Below, piece after piece: positions 1 to 12,049 of a DNA stretch of 45,609 nucleotides; the stretch's first letter is position 1, and every line of letters starts with the position of its first letter. A program made the position numbers and the translations under genes. Location: assembly GCA_002269645.1 (NCBI GenBank), contig NIVC01004448.1, positions 1 to 45,609 of the forward strand, read 5' to 3'. This DNA is from Macrostomum lignano (lineage: Eukaryota). Under the pieces are notes generated by a model. The model was not told the DNA's origin, did no database searches, and saw nothing but the letters and a program-made list of their open reading frames with translations.

Positions 1-2684
1 TGGACAAAATGTCTAAGCTCTCCTCGGTCAAACGCACCGACGGTACGTCACGGACAACCCAGGGAAACGCTTGATGTAATGCTCACTGCGTTTTTCCTAA
101 CGAGCCAGCTAACCAGACCACTCCGGATCACTCGGAGGGAGGTCACGCGCTGGCTGCATCTATCATCACGGAGGACCACATTGTGAGAGCGGCAAATTCC
201 TTCAAGCCTTTCAAAGCCTCAGGACCCGACGGCATTGTACCGGCCCTTCTAAGAGAGGCGGTTAAATGCCCAGGCTTCCTGCGCAAACTTTGCAGCCTTC
301 TTCGGGCATGCATCACGCTTGGTTATGTCCCGCAGGCATGGACCGAGGCAAAGGTGATCTTTATCCCTAAGCCAGGCCGCCCGGACTACCATTCTATCAA
401 ATCCTTCAGACCGATCAGCTTGACCTCCTCCCTGGTCAAGCTGATGGAGAGACTGGTGCTTTGGCGCCTTCTCTCTGTTGAGCTGAAGAACAAACCTCTC
501 AGCAAGAACCAGCATGCTTTTCGGGCGGGTCGCTCCACTGAAAGCGCGCTGCACGTCCTGGTTGATAAACTCGAGAAGGCCGTGCTTGGTAGTGGCTTTG
601 CTCTGGGGATCTTCCTGGACATCATTGGCGCCTTTGATAACGTCCTCTTTGAGGCGTTCCGAAGAGCTCTTTGTGAGAGGCTAACGCACTCACATCTCAC
701 CAGATGGATCATGTACATGATCAGCCATCGCACGGCCACCGCCAGTCTGCTGGGCTACCAGAGGACGGTCCCCGTCTGCAAAGGTAGCCCGCAAGGTGGG
801 GTGCTGTCTCCAGTTCTCTGGAATATGGTCATCGATGAGCTCCTCCGGGATGTTCGGCCTGACCCCATTCTGAAAGTTGGATATGCGGACGATGTCACCG
901 CGGTGGCATCTGGTCCGTCCCCTGATACCCTCAGGGACCTTCTTCAGAACTTCATCTACGCTGCTGAGCAATGGGCGGACTGCTGTGGTTTAAGGCTCTC
1001 TGAGACTAAGACCGCAGCGATCATGTTCACCAGCAGGACCAAGTGGCAGATTCGGCCGCTCACGCTTTACGGAAGGGAAATCCCCTTCTGCAAGCAGACT
1101 AAATGTCTGGGTATTACCCTGGACCACAGGCTGAACTGGTCACCCCACGTTCAAACAAAAGCCAAAAAGGCCTTCGCAGTCCTCGCGCAATTGCGCAGGG
1201 CTGTCGGCACCACCTGGGGGCTCACCCCCAAGCGCCTCTGGTGGATCTACACTGCAATGGTTAGGCCCGCTATCTCGTATGGCAGCCTGATCTGGGCTAG
1301 CGCCCTGCAGATAAAGACCTGTCTAGAGGCTCTCAGGAGAGCGCAAGGGCGCGCTTGTCGCACGATCATGAGCGCCCCTCCGTCTGCTCCCTACGATGGC
1401 CTCAACGCCTTCCTCAACATTCCTCCGCTGGACATCTTTGTCCGCAGGGAAGCGGCTAAGACTGCCCGCCGTCTAGCTGATGCTGGCATTCGAATCCAGC
1501 CCCATAGGGCCATGGCTAAGCGCAAGCTTCTGCCCCACGCTGACCTCTGCCTCAAGGACTTGAGAGACAGCGGCGGGCTCCACGTCCTATCTGACGGCGA
1601 ACCCCGCACTCTCAACACCTCTTTCAGCGCTACAAGGTCACCATCCCCTCTAGGGATGCTGCCAATGACCACTGGAATTTCCAGGAGGTCCATTGCTACA
1701 CGGACGGATCCATCAAAGACGGTCGCGCCGGCTTTGGGGTCTGCATCATCATCAACGGCCGCGTAATTGCCACGCATGCCCAGCACACTGGTAGATTCTC
1801 CACAGTCTTCCAGAACGAAGTCCTTGCCATCAGCTCTTGCGCTGCAGAGCTGAACGCCAAGGTTACAAGAGGAAAGACTATTGTCATCCACTCCGACAGC
1901 CAAGCGGCCTTACAGGCCCTTTGCCACACCACAACGAACTCCCGGACAGTCGCCGACTGCGCCCGGCAGCTCAACCTCCTGGCCAGAAGCAATACTGTCA
2001 GGCTGAAGTGGATCCCAGGGCACGCAGGGTTTCCGGGGAACGAGCTGGCAGACACCCTCGCCAAGAGGGGCGGCTCTGGCTCTTTTTTCGGCCCTGCCCC
2101 CCTGGTCCCTATGCCCTTGACAGTCATCAATCGTCAGATCGACGACTAGGCTGACTCCCTCCACAGGGACAGATGGGCGGGCACCCAAAACTGCCGGCAA
2201 TCTTGTGCCGCGGTTCCTTGCCCGTCTCACAGGCTCAGAAACATCCTTCTGAACCAGAATCGGAAGGATATTCGAGCCCTTGTCATGACCCTTACCGGCC
2301 ATGGCTACCTCGCCAGGCACTGCTTCCTCCGAGGCGACCTCGAGAGCGAAATTTGCCCCTTTTGCGAGTGCGACAATGAAGATGCTCAGCACTTTGTCTG
2401 TCACTGCCCCTTCTTTAACAGAGACCGGCTACGCTACCTCGGGCTGAACCCATCCATTGATGAGGTTTGCCAGCCCGACAGCATCCCACGGCTCATCCAG
2501 TTCCTTCGGGCGACTAGACGAGCCAGTTTTTTCCCAACGGAAGATCACGCTGCAGGACGGACCGGCGGACCACCCTGACCGGCCCCACGCCTCTGCCTGT
2601 CTGCGGGCCTTCAGGGGCTAGCGGAATGGGCGACCCTCGCCTCCCCGCTGTGTCTACGGACCACCCTGCAGCTAAGTCAAGTCA
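1..2684 (+). mobile_element. Non-LTR retrotransposon (LINE, RT + RNase H + CCHC; I/R1 group, Loa/Lian-like), copy 1, 5' end outside window, disrupted
   Basis: RT motifs FRPISLTS, QHAFRAGRST, FLDIIGAFDNV, GSPQGGVLSP and YADD in ORF 183-1766. After a frameshift near 1620 the next frame reads RNase H (CYTDGS...QNEVLAI...HSDSQAAL...WIPGHAGFPGNELADTLAK), with an in-frame TAG at 2147-2149, then CPFC...[10 protein letters not shown] and a stop at 2576-2578. A ~100-bp 3' UTR ends in TAAGTCAAGTCA (2673-2684). Further frameshifts lie in 1-182. The clade call comes from domain order and motif recall. Confidence 0.92.
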
Positions 2685-3677
2685 GACGGATCCTCCAAAG
2701 ACGGCTTATCTGGCTTTGGAGTCTGTATCCTTATCAATGGCCACGTGATTGCTACTCAGGCCCAACACACTGGCAGACTCTCCAGCGTCTTCCAGAACAA
2801 AGTCCTTGCCATCAGCTCCTGTGCAGCTGAGCTCCACTGCAGGGACTTCAAGGACAGAAGAATCTTCTTCCACTCTGACAGCCAGGCCGCTTTACAGGCC
2901 CTGTGTCACACCACTACGAACTCCCGAACAGTCCGCGACTGTTTCGGGCAGCTCAACAAGCTGGCTTGGAGGAACACTGTCCGACTTACATGAATCCCAG
3001 GACACGCCGGCTTCAAAGGCAACGAGCTTGCGGATTCCTTCACTAAGGTGGGCTATTCCAGCTTGCCCCTTGGCCCCGTGCCCCTGGCCCCCATCCTAGC
3101 CACACTCATTAATTGTCAGATTAACAACTGGGCAGACATACTGCACTTGCGCAGATGGGATGGTATCTCTAACTGTCGCCAATCTTGTACGGCAGTGCCC
3201 AATCCGTCCCTCAAGCTGCGGAGAATCCTTTTGAACCAAAATTGAAAAGATATCCACGCTCTCACTATGGCCTTCACAGGTCACAGTTGCTTTGCCAGGC
3301 ACTGTTTCCTCTGAAGTGCCCGCCAGAATGAACTCTGCCCTTTCTGCAACCTTGAGAATGAAGATGCCAAGCACTTTGTCTGCTACTGCCCGGCTTTCAA
3401 CCAAGACCGGCTCAACCACCTTGGGCCCAACTTGTCCCTGGACAACGTTTGTTGGCCCGAGAACATCCCACGGCTCATCTGGTTCCTACAGGCCACCAAG
3501 CGAGCCTCCGTCTTCCCCATAGAAGACAATGCTGCAGACAGGATCAGCAGACCTCCCTGACCGGCCCTGCACACTAGCCTATGCAGGTCTTTCAGGGATT
3601 AGCAGAATGGGCAACGCTCGCCTCCCCACTGCGTCTTTGGACTGCCCTGCAGCTAAGTCAAGTAAGTCAAGTCAAGT
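2685..3677 (+). mobile_element. Second, diverged copy of the same LINE family (RNase H to 3' tail only), decayed
   Basis: Begins at GAC GGA TCC (DGS of RNase H) and reads DGSSKDGLSGFGVC...QNKVLAI...HSDSQAAL...*IPGHAGFKGNELAD...CPFCNLENEDAKHFVCYC with several stops. Its 3' UTR is homologous to copy 1 and ends in TAAGTCAAGTAAGTCAAGTCAAGT. Confidence 0.9.
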
Positions 3678-3710
3678 GTATAGGAGAATTGCAAGTGCAA
3701 CTGCATACAT

Positions 3711-3865
3711 GCGCAACCTTGGAATCACTCGGCCGTTTCTATTGGCAGCACACACATGTAAGTCGCTATTGGCTGAGAGAAGTCACATGATTACTATTCT
3801 GTCCAATAGCAACTTACATGTGTGTGTTGCCAATAGAAATGGCTGGGTGAATCCCTAGGTTGCGC
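3711..3865. repeat. Long imperfect inverted repeat (about 62-bp arms, 30-bp loop)
   Basis: Left arm 3711-3772 (GCGCAACCTTGGAATCACTCGGCCGTTTCTATTGGCAGCACACACATGTAAGTCGCTATTGG) matches the reverse complement of 3803-3865 with scattered mismatches. Confidence 0.9.
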
Positions 3866-4000
3866 CCAAGCATGTGCAACTGTATATTTGTCATTCTTAT
3901 AGTCTCTCATTTACAATGTGATGAAGCTGTAAATAGATTTTTCTATACTTTAAGCAGTTACAAAAAATGACTACACTTAGCTAGCTATATGTATTATTTA

Positions 4001-4297
4001 TGGGTGAGTGGCTGGGTAAAAGTGAATTAAGTGGGTGAGTGGCTGGGTGAAAGTGAATTAAGCGGGTATGGCTGGTGAAAGTGAATTAAGTAGGGGAGTG
4101 GCTAGGTGAAAGTGAATTAAGTGGGTGAGTAGCTAGGTAAAAGTGAATTAAGTGGGTGTGGCTAGGTGAAGGTGAATTAAGTGGGTAAGTGGCTAGGTAA
4201 AAGTGAATTAAGTGGGTGGGTGACTGGGTGAAAGTGAATTAAATGGGTGAGTGGCTGGGTAAAAGTGAATTAAGTGGGTGAGTGACTAGGTGATTAA
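4001..4297. repeat. Minisatellite, ~31-bp unit
   Basis: About 9-10 copies of GTGAATTAAGTGGGTGAGTGGCTGGGTRAAA. Confidence 0.9.
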
Positions 4298-5014
4298 GCA
4301 GCAATCTTTGCATAGTACATAGCTAAACTTACTGGAATAAAGCTGCATAAAGGGTCTTATCACAGTGTAGAATATGCCATCTAGAAACCATGTTTCTGTG
4401 TTGGCCAGGATTTCAAGCTGCTTATCCGTGGTAAAAAGCAGATGGCACTTCTGTGTTCTGGCGACATGGAGATCTGACTTACATGTAAGAAAGTTGGATG
4501 GAAGAGCCGCATCTTGCAGTTCAAATTTGAGATTTCTTGGATGCTGGGGCTGACTTCCAGCTCAAAATCTATTTGTGTTTCTAGCTTGCTGCTTAACAGT
4601 TGGAGGATTTATTCCTAAATCATCGCACAGAGAGTGGGCAATCAGAGCACCTTCAGCTATTTCTGCAGCTGGCTTGAATTGGCATTGCTTTGTCTCCAAG
4701 AAATTTTGAATGAGAATAACTATTTGCCAATTTTATCTTCATGTGCTAGCATTGTGTTTTTGTAATATATGAAACCTATTTTTTGTATGTTGTTCATTAT
4801 TGCCTTGAAATCATTCTTAGTCTTATTCATTAGTTGCCTTAATATATATTTTTGTTTGTTTTCAATATAAAATCACTATTTTTCTTATCACTATTTTAGA
4901 CACTTTAAAAAGTAAGTATAAATGAATCAGTAACTCATTTTAGTACTGTATGTTTGCTATTATTCTTTTGTTTGATGTAACTTTGTTTAAAATAGTCTGC
5001 CATATTTATTAGAA

Positions 5015-5017
<3 letters not shown>

Positions 5018-5046
<29 letters not shown>
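5018..5046. repeat. (AT)n microsatellite
   Basis: Pure AT dinucleotide run just upstream of the Gypsy pol relic. Confidence 0.9.
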
Positions 5047-5048
<2 letters not shown>

Positions 5049-5132
5049 TAGAAAATATACGGTAAATAAATCATCTTCCAATCCTGCATCTTCCAATCCT
5101 CCAAGACTTCCCTAATTAGCCTAGCTAGACCC

Positions 5133-7600
5133 ATGAAAGCTAAAGACCTGACCTATTGGCAAACCCAACCCCCCAGCTCCCAACCCCTTGCAAAAGTTAA
5201 CCAGACCCAATATACAGAAGATTCATGGATTAATGAAGTGAGCCTTGGCCCTGAATCATCAAATGAACAGTATAAAGCCATCATTGATCTTATGAAAGAA
5301 AACCATGAAGCTTTTTCCTAGAATAAACTTGACATGGGCCTGACACACTTAGTAACCCATAAAATCGCCATCAAAGACCCCACCCCCATTAGAATCCCAG
5401 CTAGACATATCTCCCCGCACTTGCAAAAGCAAGTTGATGCCCAATTAGACGATATGTTAGCTAAAAACCTAATTAGACCCTGTTATTCAACTTACTCTAC
5501 CCCCTAGTAATTGTCCACAAGGAAGATGGTTCCATTAGAATAGTTAGCGATTTCCGCATGCTCAACTCAAGAGTTAAGTATTACTCCTACCCCCTCCCCA
5601 ACATCCAAGAGACCTTCTCCCACTTAACTAGTAGCCAATACTTTAGCAGTTTAGATCTTAATTCAGGATACTGGCAAGTCCCCATCAAAGAAGAAGACAA
5701 GCATAGAACCGCCTTCTCTACCCTAACTAGAGGCCAATTTGAATATCAAGTAATGGCCCAAAGACTTTCCAATGCCCTCGGAACCTTCCAATGTCTAATG
5801 AATTTAGTCCTATTAGGAATTCAACACAAGTACACCATGTTCTATATAGACGATATAATAACCTATTCCCAATCCTTTGCCAAATATTTAGATCACTTAA
5901 GAGAAGTGTTCAAGCGACTAATTGCCACAGGTCTAAAGCTGATACCCAAAAAGTGCAATCTTTTTCATCGCAAGTTAAAATATTTAGGACACGCGATTGG
6001 CCAACAAGGCATTCAAACAGACAAGACGAAAATTGAAGCTATCCAAACTTGGCCCCATCTCAAAGACGTAAATGAATTATGCAGTTTTCTTGGCCTATGC
6101 AATTATTATTACCGATTTGTGAAGAATTATGCTGAAGTGGCTAATGATCATCCCCTATTTCAATTGACTTGAAAAGGAGTCCAGAATTTTTAATCTAAAT
6201 GGAGCAAAGTGCATGATGAAGCCTTTGAAGCCTTAAAGCAGCGAATGATGTCTACCAAAGTGTTAGCCTACCCAAAATATGTCAAAGATGAAAATGTGAA
6301 GATGGTGCTCGACACAGATGCCAGTGATGACAGGATTGGTGCATGTCTTGGCCAAATCCAAAGTGATGGCATAGAGCAACCAATAGCCTATTTTAGTAGA
6401 GCAATGAAGGAATCAGAGAAGCGATACCCTGGAAAGAATTATTAGCCCTTGTCGATGCTATGAGGCATTTCATATTTTATCTGATCGGCAAGAAATTCTT
6501 AGCCCAAACTGACCACAAAGCAATTATTTGGCTCATGAGACAGATAGAAACAACTGGAATCTTAGGTAGATGGATAGAGCGCCTAAATTAATTCAGGTTC
6601 AACATTGAACACAGAAGTAGTGCAAAGCATTCCAATGCCAATGGATTGTTGCAACGACCAGCTGAGACAGCTGAAGCCCCTGAAGTATTCCCTAAAGCAG
6701 CACCTGAACTTGATAAAGCAACTCCTGAAGTTTCTGAAGTCCCTGAAGCAGCCCCTGAGCCTGCTGAAGCAATCTTTGAAGCCCCTGAAGCATCTGAATA
6801 ATTTCTGAGAACCCTGAGCCAATCCTTGAGAAAATTGAGAAGTAACCCCTGTTCCCCTGAGAAGTAAAAAAGCTCTTGCTGAAACTAAGGACAGCCCCAT
6901 GTCTTAGTCACCTGAAGCTCTGACAGAAAGTGAGACCCAGCCTGAATGTCCCCAATCTAGGCCAAAGCTAAATGTCTTATGTAGAGAAGTAGAAGAAAGA
7001 GAAGAAGAAGAGACAGGAAAGTGTGAAAAGTTGCTAACAGATTATCTTCCCAGCCCCCTGAAGAAAGAACAGATTCAAGAAGCCCAATCTGCTGACCCCA
7101 TCATTAGAGCTCTACTAGAAGCCAAGAATCAGAAACTGAGCCAATTTCCCAAAACACCAGATGTGCCAGAAAAGATAAGTAGAAATTTCGAAGCCATGAG
7201 AATTGACAATAATTTACTGACCATATCTGAAGATGGAAAGAACAAAGTCATTTTGCCCCTATCCCTAGACAAAGCAGTCTTTTTGACCTACACTATAGCC
7301 CCCTCGCAGGATATCTAGGAAGAGATAAGACAATCCAAAGAATAAGAGACAGATTTTGGTGACCTGGACTGAGCACCTCAGTTGAGCAGTTAATTGCTGA
7401 GTGTATCCCTTGCCTTGAAAGTAAGAAAGGTCACTTTGTGCAAGCCCCTATTTAATCATTCCCCATTGGTGAAGCTTTCAACCATCTGCATATAGACATT
7501 ATTGGCCCAATTTCTAAAGAAAGCAAGCGAGGTCACAAATACATTTTAACAGTTTCACATATGTTTTAACAGTTGTGGATAGCACTACTTGATACCCCTT
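5133..7600 (+). mobile_element. Ty3/Gypsy LTR retrotransposon pol relic (RT-RNase H-integrase), many stops and frameshifts
   Basis: RT (YPLPNIQE, SLDLNSGYWQV, FYIDDII), then RNase H (LDTDASDDRIGACL, IAYFSR, TDHKA), then integrase zinc finger (YLGRDKT...FW*PGL...CIPC) and start of the core (LHIDIIGP...YILTV). This is the Gypsy RT-RH-IN order. No gag, protease or LTR pair was recognised. Confidence 0.9.
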
Positions 7601-8097
7601 CTCTTTTTTTTAGAAAGCAAAGCATTGAATGAGGAAATTCCTCAACCCCTACCTCCCTCTCCTGCCTGCTGGATCCCAAGCCCGCGCACACCCTCCCCTA
7701 CAATCTAAGGTGCCCAACCCAAGCCAAACACAGATACAACTGTCATCTAAAGCGCTTAATAACAGCCCTCAGTCTGTTGCGCAACCTCCAATTTTAATCT
7801 TCCTACCCTTCTTTTGCCATCCCCAATTGCACAATAGACCCCAAATTTTACACAAAGAACTCCTCACGGGCAATGCCAATGTACAAGACCCCCTAGAAAA
7901 AATTGACCCAAAATGGAACTAGAGCCTAAAGAAGACGAAAAATAGAATGAGTCACAAAAATGAGGAATCTAAAAAAATCCAGGAACAAAGGGAATGATGA
8001 ATAAACACTTCAACTGAGATTGCACAACTAAAAAACTTGCTCCCCACTGTTATCTGTCTCCCACAACAGCTATCTTGAATTCTTTGCATCATTCCCA

Positions 8098-8987
8098 ATG
8101 GCTAGTGAAGATGAGTTAAAAAGGCTGCAAGATAAGTTAAGCCTCAGTCCTAGTGAAGGAGAACTATTTGACAGTGATACTGAGAACAAGCTTCCAGTCC
8201 CTAAATGCCAACAGACCCAGCCCAAACCCACCAGCACTAAGCCACAACCATTATCCGTAGTTGTGTGCCCTCCATCCTCATTGGTGTCTGGCAATCGAGT
8301 CCATCTAATGAAACAGCAGGCTGAAGCCCGGATCCCTGTCTCCCCTGCCATAGCTCAACGCCAACCCAAAGGCAGTAAACCCACTATTGCGCTTCCGCTA
8401 AGCGAAATTCCAAAATCAAGCACTAATCATCACCTAGGACCACGCCAGTCCACACCTTTGGCTTTGCCATATTGCAACCCTGATTGCCAGCCAAGAGATC
8501 CCCCATCAGGCAACTGCTACCACCCCCTATGGCTACACTGCTGCAGCATCAAGCTATTGCAAGGTCAGAATCCCTGATGGCTGAAGTTCCGCCTTTGATG
8601 CATGGAGTGGCTAAATCAAATTTGATCAAAGACATTAGGAGCAAATACAACAAGCTTATCTCGAAAATGACTGAGCCAAGTTGCAGCAAGTACCGCCACC
8701 TAGTTGCTAATCTGCAGCGCTATCTAGTGCACGTAGGGCACTTTCGCCTTGACAGCTATCCCTTCCCAGTGCGAGAAGACTTGCACGCCACTATTCAGGC
8801 CTTACAATGAATTTCAATTGCCCACACTGTTACAGCCTAGCAGCGCGTGGTTGCATACTCGCTGCTCGAGTTAAACCACAGATGGGCCAATCAGGCCAAC
8901 GTTTGCACCGAGATGCAGTGGCTTGGTCTAGAGTGCAGCTGGCCAGCTGCTGACCGGCTCCCGACGGAGTTGGTCCGCTACCTGTGA
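8098..8987 (+). pseudogene. Accessory ORF relic A downstream of Gypsy integrase (unknown protein)
   Basis: Acidic N-terminus (MASEDELKRLQDKL), P/Q/T-rich linker, then a C-terminal block with in-frame stops ending EMQWLGLECSWPAADRLPTELVRYL*. A T-rich UTR-like tract follows. Confidence 0.4.
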
Positions 8988-9371
8988 ATTGACTCTGAAG
9001 TTTAATTTTTCTTTTTCAAACTGTACTACTAGTATTATTGCATGATGAAAAATACTCACTTATAAATTGTATTCCTATTTTTCATTAAGGAAGGCCAGAT
9101 GTGCCAGCATTGTTTTTTTATAGTATTATGAAACCTATTTTTTGTATGTTGTTATGTATTGTTCGAAACTTGTTCCACATAAAAATCCTAGCAATGCTTA
9201 GTAACAGTGCGAACCAATGAGCGAGCCCACTAAACCCCCTCTCGGGCAAACACGAAGATGCGGTCCAGTTTCTCAGATATGTAATCAAGCCCCCTGCAGC
9301 TCCATAGACCCATCAATCACATCCCGCCTAGCTAAGAGCAATCATTCACAAGCAATTATCAAGTATAAGCC

Positions 9372-10287
9372 ATGGAAGATGACCATTTAGACAACTTTAT
9401 TAAAGATTTGTTAGGACTAGATGAAACCATGGAAAATCTAGAGCCAGCCGCAGATCAAGCCGCCAAGCAAGCTGCCGAGCAAGCAGCTCCGGCAGAGCAA
9501 CCACCAGCAGCTTTGGCAGAGCGACAGTCAGCAGCCTTGGCAGGACAGCAGTCAGTCGCCAGGTCAACTCAGCAGTCAGCAGCCGTGGCTCTTGATCTCA
9601 GTGAGGCTCCACTATGCAACCCGACTAGGCCACAAGCCGTGGCGGGAACCTCAAAGAGGCCGTTGTCAGATGAGCCACCAGGATAGGAGACAGTGCCGGT
9701 GAAACGGCCCAGGCAAAGGCCCCAGTGAAATTGATTGTCATCAAAATGTGCGCTGCCGAAGGATGGCACACAGTGCAACTGGCAGAACTGCCAGCAGGCC
9801 AACCACCGTGATGCCAAGCTTCACCGCAGCGACATCAGCCGTCAGCACCGAGTCAGCTACCTGCCCTGCAGCATCAGCCATCACTGCCACACTAGTCCAC
9901 GCCACAGCCACAGCCGCCCCCGGCGCCGCAGCAGCCAACAAGGTCTCACCGAGATGTGGTGCAGCAGCTGATGGCCATGCATGGCACCCTGTTGGAAAGA
10001 GTGATGCACGGCATTCGCACGTACTTGATGCGTATTGCCACCTAAGACTCGATCAAGTGCTGCCCCAGCGAGCATACATCTGGCCGGGACTTCAACAGCT
10101 GCGCACCCACTATCAGAGTGGCAAATTGTTCGCTATTCTGCAGTACGTGGCTGACCAAGTCTGAGGCAACATCGATGCCAGCTGAGAGCCTTTCCAGCGT
10201 CAACTGGTAAATATTGAGCTGAGGTGGCTCTTCACACAGATGGGCTGGCCAGAATTCTGAAACCTTCCCAGAAACTGCAATTTCTAA
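9372..10287 (+). pseudogene. Accessory ORF relic B downstream of Gypsy integrase (unknown protein, probable paralogue of A)
   Basis: Acidic N-terminus (MEDDHLDNFIKDLLGL), A/Q/P-rich linker, then a C-terminal block with TGA stops ending ELRWLFTQMGWPEF*NLPRNCNF*. A T-rich tract follows. Confidence 0.4.
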
Positions 10288-11340
10288 ATGGTAATATACG
10301 AAATTAACTGACATGTTTTTATTTTAGTGCCTATATTGTTGTGCTGCTTTCATAGTTTGTCTTTTTATAAATTCTGCATACTATTAACTATTTTGAATAT
10401 TGCATTGCTACAATTATATTGCTTCCATTTCACCTTTTATATACTATTATTAGTAGTTATAGTTGCTGTATATTTTTGACTATTGCTTTGATACATTGCT
10501 TCTATAAAATCTTTTTTCACATGCCATTACCAGTAGTATTTGCTGTTCACTTTGCTACCTTTCTTCTATAACTCACATTTTTTTAACTTTGTTGTCTGCA
10601 TATTACTAGCATTTTTCTTCATATTTGTGCTACTCATTGCCTTGTTTATTACAAATTTATGTGTGAATACAACTTATTTTGCCTGACAATTATTGCCTTT
10701 ACTTTACTTATGCATTTTGAGCAATTTACTCACGCCAAAAATTTCATCTTTCTGTTTGTAAAATTTTTGTTTTTTGTAACTTGCTGTCAGGGAAAGCAGC
10801 TGAAACAGTGCATTAATAATAGTATGATACTGTACGATAGTTCTAATAGTTACTCATTTTTCTTAGAAAACTCTAGTTCAAATCCGCGCTAAAAATGAAT
10901 CTTTTGTTTAAATGTTGTAAGTTGCAAAAATATTTTTCACAATTATTATTTGTTTGAAATGATGAGAGGCTTTGGTATAAATAAAAGCCCCAAGTAGGCC
11001 AAGAAGACAACTTGCTTGTTTGTATGCTTTAGCAGCAAAGCTTTCAATAGCTAAAACTTAATAGGAAAATTGTTCAAGTGACTTATTCATTTCTATAGTA
11101 AAAACCCCTATATTGGGAGAGTTCAAGACCACTAAAAGTGAGAATTCGCCTCAAGGCAGTAATTATAAATTCGCCTCAATGCAGAAGAATCGCCTCATAG
11201 CGAGAGAAAACCACCTCAGGGCAGGAAAAATATAAAGCTATGACCCTCTGATCTTGGGAATGCTAGGACTGAGAGAATAATATCTTTAGAAGGGTATAGG
11301 AATAGGATAAATAGTGCCTAAAGACCACTCAGGCCAGAAA

Positions 11341-11430
11341 GTACAATAGAAGTATAGACACTACCAATAAAAGTACATACACTACCAATAGAAGTACAGA
11401 CGCTACCAATAGAAGTATATGCGCTATTAG
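11341..11430. repeat. Short degenerate tandem repeat, ~22-bp unit, about 4 copies
   Basis: Variants of AGAAGTACAGACACTACCAAT. Confidence 0.7.
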
Positions 11431-12049
11431 TAAAAGGCAAGTATTAACCAGCAATATTAACAAGAAGGAATAAGCCCTGTTATAACTTTGGTGGCATTGT
11501 AGAATTATTTATAAGGACAGAAGTAAACCCTAGGACATGTCAAATAATGAAAAATTTGATTTTGGAAGTGGGTCAAATTTGAATATTTACTTTAAAAAAC
11601 AATATTTTTCAATGCTTTCAATACTGACAATAGGCATTCTACTTGAAATCTAAATCTTGGACTTCTTAGTCTAAATGCCCATCATCATCATGGAGGCTTA
11701 GTAAGCCTATAGGCCTAGAATTTTAAACAATGAAAAATTTGATTTCAAAGTGGGTCAAATTCAAAAAGGCCTACAAATGTCAAATATTTGAAAAACAATG
11801 TTTTTTTAATAGGCCTACTTTTATTTTTTTTTTTGAATTTGAATATCCCATATGTGGGTATAATGTACTAATATATAATAATAATATTATCAAAAAAATA
11901 TTAATACTAGGCCCTAAAAGTTTTTTTTTATAATAAACTAAAAAATCAATAAAACATAGGCCTAGCAATAACATAATTTTTTGGCTTTAGGCCCAATTGT
12001 TAATTAAGGCTAGGGATCCATGGCCCAAATCCATGATCCATGGATCCAT

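Noticed and set aside
11480-11502. TTTGGTGGCATTGTAG as a tRNA-Leu primer-binding site after an LTR
   Set aside because: Only about 8 bases fit, the preceding sequence lacks a CA end, and no matching LTR pair was found in the window.
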